This document shows positions 58,354 through 64,000 of a DNA stretch of 64,000 nt, one piece after another (positions within the stretch are counted from its first letter, which is position 1; each line of letters starts with the position of its first letter). Position numbers and translations under genes: made by a program. Location: the NCBI GenBank assembly GCA_965222115.1, contig CBDCTJ010000007.1, positions 3,006,731 through 3,070,730 on the forward strand. The letters run 5' to 3'. The DNA comes from Planctomycetota bacterium. Its GTDB lineage: Bacteria > Planctomycetota > PLA2 > JAEUHO01. A model generated the notes under the pieces. That model ran no database searches. It saw nothing but the letters and a program-made list of their open reading frames with translations, and was not told where the DNA came from.

Positions 58354-58934
58354 TTCTTGCTCCAGGTCTTGGAAAGAAACGCACTCTCCAATCGACGCTG
58401 GATCGCTTTGGCCGCTGGACCCCGAGCAAGCTCGAGTTGCACACGCGTGCGTTTGAGATCCTGTTCCAAGGTCGCGATCTCTTTGCGCAATGACTCCATG
58501 GCCTCTTTACGCGGATCACGTGATCGAGGCGGGCGTCCGGCTCGGCCCGGTTCCAACGCGAACAGTGCCGCTTGCAACATCGTCCTTCGAAGATCCTGGA
58601 ACCGTGTGCGCGAAATCGAGAGCCGCTCCATCGCATCGGCCACGCTCCAATCACCCGTTAGCGTGAGAAGAATGATCGTTACGCGCTCGCGCGCCAGCTC
58701 ACTGGCATCAAGCGCCTGAATGAGGGGTTCGGTCTGGCTGCGTCGACCCATCGCCCACCTCCTTTGCTCGTAACGTCTCCAGCACCACGCGCGCCCGTGG
58801 CTTCTTACGTCGTCGCTTTTTCTTCGTGCCCGCACGCTTCTTCGACGCTTTGATGCCCACCGTACGCCGCGCCGCGCGCAACAAGTTCTGCGCACGTCGT
58901 AGCTCCAGTGCCAGATCACGCTTCTCCTTCTCAA
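58350..58934 (-). CDS. HTH-domain protein (transposase OrfA-like)
   Basis: HTH segment VADAMERLSISRTRFQDLRR. Translationally coupled to the rve gene. Paralogous to 58708..59166. Confidence 0.6.
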   Translation of the reverse strand: MRRRSVIWHWSYDVRRTCCARRGVRWASKRRRSVRARRKSDDVRSHGRAWCWRRYEQRRWAMGRRSQTEPLIQALDASELARERVTIILLTLTGDWSVADAMERLSISRTRFQDLRRTMLQAALFALEPGRAGRPPRSRDPRKEAMESLRKEIATLEQDLKRTRVQLELARGPAAKAIQRRLESAFLSKTWSKK

Positions 58935-59166
58935 GCATCAAAATCATGCGCTCGGGCGTGTTCTGCCGTCCCCTACAACGCGGCTCAAGCGCACTCATCA
59001 TTCCCTGAAGCGCACGCAGCTCCAGTTGGTAGTACCGCGCACTGGAGATCTCCAAGCGCTTGGCCGCTTCCGTCGTGCTGCACGCGCCCGACAGTGCCTC
59101 CAACAGCACCAGCATGAAACGCTTCGCCGCTTTGCTCCCTTGAAGCGCTGCAAGTCCCTTGGTCAT
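58708..59166 (-). CDS. HTH-domain protein (transposase OrfA-like) with a Lys/Arg-rich C-terminus
   Basis: HTH segment EAAKRLEISSARYYQLELR. Start overlaps the stop of the 447-aa transposase. Overlaps the next HTH ORF out of frame. Confidence 0.5.
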   Translation of the reverse strand: MTKGLAALQGSKAAKRFMLVLLEALSGACSTTEAAKRLEISSARYYQLELRALQGMMSALEPRCRGRQNTPERMILMLEKEKRDLALELRRAQNLLRAARRTVGIKASKKRAGTKKKRRRKKPRARVVLETLRAKEVGDGSTQPDRTPHSGA

Positions 59167-60506
59167 CTTGCACCTCCCTCCTCGTCGTTCGCCTCGCTCG
59201 GCGTCAATGTCTCAAGTTCCGTTAGCACCTCATCCAATGAACTCGTGCCCGGATCCGACGCCTCAAGCGACACACGGCGCCCGGGCGCAGAAAGATCCAC
59301 TTCCTCGCGAACACCCTCTTCGCCCGTGAGTACAACCTTCGTGCCCTCGGTATGAAGCGAGATCGACTCCTCACCCACACGCCCCGTCAAATACACATGC
59401 TTACGCGGTTTGCCTTGAAGGGAAAGTTCTTTGGCGTTCTTGGCCACGTTCGCCTCGATGGTGGCGCGTATCTCGGGCACCGCCTCGAAGTAGCGATCCG
59501 CCGGTACCAAGCCGTCGATCCCTTGATGGGTGCGTTGAAAGTTGTAATAGCCCACAAAGTGCGCAATGCGCTCGCGCGCCTCGTCCAGGTCACGGAAAAT
59601 GGCGGCTTGAATCATCTCCCGATGAATCGTGCCCCAAAATCGTTCGATCTTGCCCAGCGTCTGCGGACGCCGTGGACGCGCCACAACTTGCTTAATGCCT
59701 CGCCGCTCGCAGAGCTTGGTAAACGCACTCTTCCCACGCCACGTCTGAAACTGCGTCCCGTTGTCGGTCAAAATCTCCTTCGGCGCGCCAAAGTTGGCAA
59801 TCGAGGACTCAAACACCTCGCGCACAAGCGCGCCCGAAGCCGATGCATGCAGCCCATACCCAACGATGAAGCGGGAATGATCGTCCATGTAAGCAACCAG
59901 GTGCACACGGCGGCGTTGGCGCTTGAGCACAAAGCTGAACAGATCGGTTTGCCAAAGATCGTTGGGACGAGAGCGCTCAAAACGCTGAGGCTTGGGTGGG
60001 TTGGGCCTCGTCCGAAAAGCATGGACCTCGTACCCCGCCTCCTTCAACACCCGCTGCACCGCGCCCGCGCTGGCTTGCAGACCTTGGGAGCGCAGCAACA
60101 TGTCGTGAATGCGGTCTTGCCCCCAATCCGGATGCTGTTCCTTCAACATCAAAATGGCTCGACGCACATGTTCCGGCAGGCGGCTGCCTCGCTGACCACG
60201 GCGATAGCCCAATAGCCCGGCAGGGCCTTCTGCATCAAACCGTTGCTTCCAACGACTCAACGTCTGAGGCGTGATGCCCACCAAGCGACCAAACTCCGTC
60301 GCCGGCAAGCCCGATCGCTGCCATGTGTCCAACAGCAACAACCGCTCTTCCCCAGAGTACTCCCCCTTGGAACCGGGACGTCGCGTTCCCACCGAACGAT
60401 TGCGCCTCGGCGGACGGAACTCTTTCCCGCCCCCGTCGCGCCCCTTGCCTGACGATCCTCGATCTGACCTCTGTTTCTCGCTCATCGCTCTCCCTTTCTG
60501 CCGCAC
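59163..60506 (-). CDS. DDE (rve) transposase with N-terminal HTH, IS481-like architecture
   Basis: HTH segment ATEFGRLVGITPQTLSRWKQRF. DDE context WQTDLF, ILTDNGTQF, KIERFW. 447 aa. Confidence 0.85.
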   Translation of the reverse strand: MRQKGRAMSEKQRSDRGSSGKGRDGGGKEFRPPRRNRSVGTRRPGSKGEYSGEERLLLLDTWQRSGLPATEFGRLVGITPQTLSRWKQRFDAEGPAGLLGYRRGQRGSRLPEHVRRAILMLKEQHPDWGQDRIHDMLLRSQGLQASAGAVQRVLKEAGYEVHAFRTRPNPPKPQRFERSRPNDLWQTDLFSFVLKRQRRRVHLVAYMDDHSRFIVGYGLHASASGALVREVFESSIANFGAPKEILTDNGTQFQTWRGKSAFTKLCERRGIKQVVARPRRPQTLGKIERFWGTIHREMIQAAIFRDLDEARERIAHFVGYYNFQRTHQGIDGLVPADRYFEAVPEIRATIEANVAKNAKELSLQGKPRKHVYLTGRVGEESISLHTEGTKVVLTGEEGVREEVDLSAPGRRVSLEASDPGTSSLDEVLTELETLTPSEANDEEGGAR

Positions 60507-60674
60507 CTATGCAGCGAATGGGAGAGGCCGTTATCAACCCCTATTTCAGGTCCTCAACCGGACAGAAACTCGTTGAGGGACACAATCAACGCCCCTTTCG
60601 ATTCGGCCTTCGATGCGCACCGCGCGAATCAGAGATTCGCTTGCACAGGGTTCGCTTCGCTCACCCTTAGCTAT

Positions 60675-60715
60675 CAGCTTTGGCTCCTTCGGAGCCTCTT
60701 TCTTCTGGATCATTC
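60675..60715. repeat. Short-repeat family core, copy D (degenerate)
   Basis: CTTTGGCTCCTTCGGAGCCTCTTTCTTCTGGATCAT aligns to copy A (…CTTGGCGAGAGCTTCTTTCTTCATGAG). Confidence 0.45.
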
Positions 60716-60745
60716 CCATTGATCGCTGTAACCGAACATCGGGCT

Positions 60746-60806
60746 GTGCTTGGTGGTCTTGGCGCCCTTGGTGAGAGCCTCTTCTTCAAGCAGCGTCCCG
60801 CCACCA
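60746..60806. repeat. Short-repeat family core, copy B
   Basis: GTGCTTGGTGGTCTTGGCGCCCTTGGTGAGAGCCTCTTCTTCAAGCAGCGTCCCGCCACC. Confidence 0.6.
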
Positions 60807-61140
60807 AATACACACGACCCTGCCAAGAGGCGTTCATCGTCGCTTGCGCTCTGCGACTCAGCGCGCGGCTCTTCATGTCGTTTCGCCAGCGAACGCCGAT
60901 GCTCCGTCAAGACATACGCTCCCGATACCGATTTGCACGCGTCTCTGCGGCCCCTTCAGGGCCGTGCAAGAGAGGGGACTGTTTCCTGGGGTTACGCACC
61001 GCTTCGCTTGTGCTCCACCCCAGGCTATTACACGCGGCCCCGTTGGGGCCGTCTTACCAGTGGAACACATCTTGGCGAAAACACCGCTCAATGAGCGTCT
61101 CGCCACCGAACGCGTACGCCCTCGCCATATGGCGCTCCCC

Positions 61141-61195
61141 GACGCTTGCGCCTTTGTTTCTTAGCGCCCTTCGTGTGAGCCTCTTCTCAAACCAG
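61141..61195. repeat. Degenerate copy of the intron-target repeat, comprising the CAACGCTTGCGC motif plus a core-like segment
   Basis: GACGCTTGCGCCTTTGTTTCTTAGCGCCCTTCGTGTGAGCCTCTTCTC aligns to 35279-35330 at ~75% identity. Confidence 0.45.
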
Positions 61196-61295
61196 CACAC
61201 CGCTTGCAACCCATTCCACATGTTCACGGACAGCATTCCACAACGCTTGCGCCCCTTAATCATCGCCATGGAGCGCAGCTTCCGTACACCGAGCC

Positions 61296-61356
61296 GCGCT
61301 TGGTGTGCTTCGTGCCCTTGATGAGAACCTCTTCTTTAAAGAGCGTCCCGCCACCG
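61296..61356. repeat. Short-repeat family core, copy C
   Basis: GCGCTTGGTGTGCTTCGTGCCCTTGATGAGAACCTCTTCTTTAAAGAGCGTCCCGCCACC aligns to copy B and to the first 60 nt of R1 and R2. Confidence 0.6.
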
Positions 61357-61413
61357 GCTTCAGTTACAGATTCGGCAAGTGGGTGGATGCATGCAGTGAT
61401 TCGATACACGAAC

Positions 61414-64000
61414 TTACTTGATTACCCACAACGTGACTTGTGGTGCGCCAAGTGCAGCGACGGCCGATACGGGATACTGCGCCGCGACGCGACGAGTGCC
61501 CGCGTAGGGATGATTGGGGATTTCGACTTCAACGATGCGCACATTGATGCCCTGCTGCTGCAGGCGACGGTGCGCACGGAAAGCCGAGCCCCCCACCGTG
61601 CTTGGCACATTAATCGATCGCTGCATTGCGCTGGGCTTGGGCTGATAGACCGAGAGCTTGAGCAGATCACCGAGGTGAACCATCTTGTCGGCTTCCGTTC
61701 CCTGTTCGATTACGTGACCGATCTTCGCTTCGCCCGTTGGCTTGGGTGTAACGATGGGTAACAACCCAGATGCAAGCGCGCGTTCGATGGCGGCGTATAC
61801 CGATTGACCCGAAACGTTGGGCACCTTTGCTGTGGGTTCACTGTCACGCGAAGGCAGCTTGACGCGCTTGGCAGGTGCCGCGCCGCGCTTCATGGGCGGA
61901 GGTTCGATGAGCAGACCGCGAGGTTGTCCGGGTGGGCGGCGCTCGGCCTTTTCAACTTCCGGTGCTTCGGGCTTTGACCACGGCGATGGACCGCCAATGG
62001 CCTTGGGAATCTCACCGCCCTTGCCTGTAGCAACGACGAGTTCTACCCACTCACCCTCATTAACTTTTTCGCCCGCGGCCGGCGCCATATCAAGCACCAT
62101 GCCTGCTTGCGATGGCGTGCCGCCACCATACGTGACGCGTACTTGTACTTTTCTGCGGCGTAGACGCGTTTCTGCCTCATTGCGTTCGAGACCGAGTACA
62201 TCGGGTAGCGTGCCCGCAAAGGAGCGCGGGAGACGCGCGATCGTCAAGCGGACAACTTTACCCGTGTCGAGCGTGCTCCCGGCGGGCGGATCTTGGCTGA
62301 TCACTTGGCCGGCGGGCAGATTCTCGGTGTCTTCGAATTCAAGGTCGTAATAGAGCTTCGCACGACGGATCAATGCTTCGGCGCGCTCGCGATCCATTGC
62401 GACGACGTCGGGAACCTCAGTCGTTGCTGCTTCAGGCGGATCACGGTCACTCGGTTGCGATCCGGTACTTGTTGCGGGTTCATCACCTGCTGGGTCGTTT
62501 GCACCCGGATCGTTCCCGTTCGGTTGATCGGGTACGGGCTCAGTCGCACCGGGATCCTTTGGTGTATCTGCGGGCTTGTCGTTGGAATTCGGATTTTCGG
62601 TTGTGGTCGGTGTGTCGTCTTTGGGTGCCGCAACACCAACGGTGAGTTGCACCAATCCGGCGGGCGAAACACGTTCCATGGCGGCGGGAATCGACTGCAA
62701 CACCACACCCACCAACTCGGGCTTGGTTACGAGACGATTTTCGACGGTAATGAAGAGGCCCAGCTTGTCGATTGCCGCGCGGGCATCGGCAAGGGGCTTC
62801 CCGACAACTACGGGGATGGCGACCATGCCATCGTCGAGCGGAGCATCTTCGTCGGGACTGGCTGTTGGTTCTGGATTGCGATCTTCGGCAGTCTCATCGC
62901 CAGACGACACGCCCTCGGGATCGTCGGACGACGTTCCGGTAGTCTCGGTTTCGCCGTCCGAAGTCTCCGTCGTGTTGCTTCCCGTCGTGTCATTCGTGGT
63001 CGCGGGTTGCTTAGGATCGTCATTCGCAGGCGCATCTTCAACAGTATCGGTTGCGCCGGTTGGCTGCGTGGCGCTCGTTGTTGGATCTTGTGAGTCGGTG
63101 GTGTGTGCTTCGATTGAAGGATTCGATGTCGTAGTAGTCGGGTCGCGATCCGCGGGATCAGTCGCTGACGTTGGATCCGTTTCTCCATTGTCATCGGGCT
63201 TGGATGCCATCGGATCGGTGTGTGTGATACTGGACGTAGCCGGGTCGGACACATCGGGCTGTGTGGCCGCCGGGTCCGTCAGATTGGGATCACCGGCGGC
63301 TGTTGCGTTGGGATCGGCATCCGCCACGACGGGGCGCGATGCGGAAGGATCGGATGGCGTGGAGGGATCGGGCAACGGCGGCGTGGCATCCGCGATGGAC
63401 GTGGACTCACCGCCCACGCGTAGCGTGACAGTTTCCCCGCGCGTAATCAACGCACCCTTGGCAGGCGCTTGAGACAACACAAGCCCTTCACGCGCTTCGT
63501 CATCCACGGGGACGTATTCAATGTTGGCCTGCAAACCGAGATCGTCGAGTGTGGCTTGGGCAATTGCTTCCGTCATACCGCTAAGAACTGGAACGGGCGT
63601 ACCCTTGCTTTTGGGTACACCAATCGTCACCGTGACCGTTTCACCGGAGGCAAGCTCTGAGCCAGGTACCGGTGCAACGGCAAGTACACGACCGTCTTTG
63701 GCGCTGTCTTCGACTTGCTTGTGAACAATGCGGGCGACATAGCCCTTGTCTTCGAGGGTCTTCTCAGCAGTACTTTGGCTCCAGCCCTGGATCTGAGGAA
63801 CCTGCAAACCGCCACCGCCAAAGAACGACGTAATCTTGTCTTTGGCAAGGTAGCCGCCGCCGGCAACAGCGGCCGTGAGCAGCAGCACGGCGGGCCACTT
63901 GCTACCGCCGGAGGACGACGCCACGGGCTGCCCGGCACCAACGACCATGCTCGGATCTAGGAGAATCGTGCGGGCTTCGCTTTGACCGGCCTCGGGGCCT
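61414..64000 (-). CDS. PASTA-domain protein with long Thr/Pro/Asp-rich linkers. Probably the C-terminal part of a PknB-like Ser/Thr kinase whose N-terminus lies beyond the window.
   Basis: At least 4 PASTA-like modules (…VPVLSGMTEAIAQATLDDLGLQANIEYV…, …VPDVLGLERNEAETRLRRRKVQVRVTYGG…). A TM segment follows the first Met. The frame stays open upstream of that Met to position 64000 (…GPEAGQSEARTILLDPSMVVG…). Confidence 0.6.
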   Translation of the reverse strand, partial: GPEAGQSEARTILLDPSMVVGAGQPVASSSGGSKWPAVLLLTAAVAGGGYLAKDKITSFFGGGGLQVPQIQGWSQSTAEKTLEDKGYVARIVHKQVEDSAKDGRVLAVAPVPGSELASGETVTVTIGVPKSKGTPVPVLSGMTEAIAQATLDDLGLQANIEYVPVDDEAREGLVLSQAPAKGALITRGETVTLRVGGESTSIADATPPLPDPSTPSDPSASRPVVADADPNATAAGDPNLTDPAATQPDVSDPATSSITHTDPMASKPDDNGETDPTSATDPADRDPTTTTSNPSIEAHTTDSQDPTTSATQPTGATDTVEDAPANDDPKQPATTNDTTGSNTTETSDGETETTGTSSDDPEGVSSGDETAEDRNPEPTASPDEDAPLDDGMVAIPVVVGKPLADARAAIDKLGLFITVENRLVTKPELVGVVLQSIPAAMERVSPAGLVQLTVGVAAPKDDTPTTTENPNSNDKPADTPKDPGATEPVPDQPNGNDPGANDPAGDEPATSTGSQPSDRDPPEAATTEVPDVVAMDRERAEALIRRAKLYYDLEFEDTENLPAGQVISQDPPAGSTLDTGKVVRLTIARLPRSFAGTLPDVLGLERNEAETRLRRRKVQVRVTYGGGTPSQAGMVLDMAPAAGEKVNEGEWVELVVATGKGGEIPKAIGGPSPWSKPEAPEVEKAERRPPGQPRGLLIEPPPMKRGAAPAKRVKLPSRDSEPTAKVPNVSGQSVYAAIERALASGLLPIVTPKPTGEAKIGHVIEQGTEADKMVHLGDLLKLSVYQPKPSAMQRSINVPSTVGGSAFRAHRRLQQQGINVRIVEVEIPNHPYAGTRRVAAQYPVSAVAALGAPQVTLWVIK

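Larger units (their letters stand above)
57229..60582 (-). mobile_element. IS-like element of ~3.35 kb with ~65-bp imperfect terminal inverted repeats. Carries four same-strand ORFs: rve, HTH, HTH, rve.
   Basis: Terminus TGTGTCCCTCA(A)CGAGTTTCTGTCCGGTTG...GGCCTCTCC is present at 57229-57296. Its reverse complement is at 60515-60582, ~80% identical. No clear target-site duplication was found. Confidence 0.7.

Noticed and set aside
60667-61321. ORFs 60667..60876(-), 60710..60910(-), 60680..61321(+), 61054..61269(-)
   Set aside because: They lie over the short-repeat array. The frames are not conserved between repeat copies beyond ~20 codons. They have no RBS.
1-64000. CRISPR array search
   Set aside because: No regularly spaced direct repeats of 24-48 bp with unique spacers were seen anywhere in the window. 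The repeats found are irregular or palindromic.

Overview
High-GC (~65%) bacterial chromosomal segment. The organism is probably a diderm, given LptF/LptG and an LPS/Kdo-kinase-like gene, with FHA and sigma-54 signalling proteins typical of Myxococcota-like lineages. The lineage cannot be fixed from sequence alone. Most of the window is housekeeping. Recognisable genes include a cyclophilin PPIase, a peptidoglycan amidase, a tricorn-like S41 protease, ung, tatD, moxR, aroB, folC, a hydantoinase/5-oxoprolinase, rsgA, a TrmH-family methyltransferase, an RluD-like pseudouridine synthase, lptF/lptG, a tandem LPS-kinase-like gene, an arginase-family gene, a UvrD/PcrA helicase, rpmB and pcnB. There is one canonical tRNA-Tyr. 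Three accessory patches stand out. (1) 29.9-35.6 kb holds a group II intron, precisely delimited and carrying a YADD reverse transcriptase. It sits inside one copy of a ~255-bp direct repeat, and the second, uninterrupted copy lies 2.5 kb away. The repeats flank two defective tRNA-like elements and an SPFH/band-7 gene. (2) 35.6-48 kb holds an FHA protein, an FHA-CAP fusion protein, a C25-like peptidase and a 1260-aa ECF sigma factor fused in frame to a transmembrane helix and a giant ectodomain of CarboxypepD_reg-like repeats. (3) 55.2-61.4 kb is a low-GC patch containing a TPR protein and small ORFs. It abuts a 3.35-kb IS-like element with ~65-bp terminal inverted repeats that carries two DDE (rve) transposases and two HTH genes. 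Next to the IS is an array of short repeats also found at the intron locus. A 31-bp imperfect palindrome (TGCGCCA-N5-ACC-W-GGT-N5-TGGCGCA) occurs 7 times in intergenic positions and looks like a REP-like element or operator family. No CRISPR array was seen. All calls rest on reading the sequence and the ORF translations; no database search was possible.
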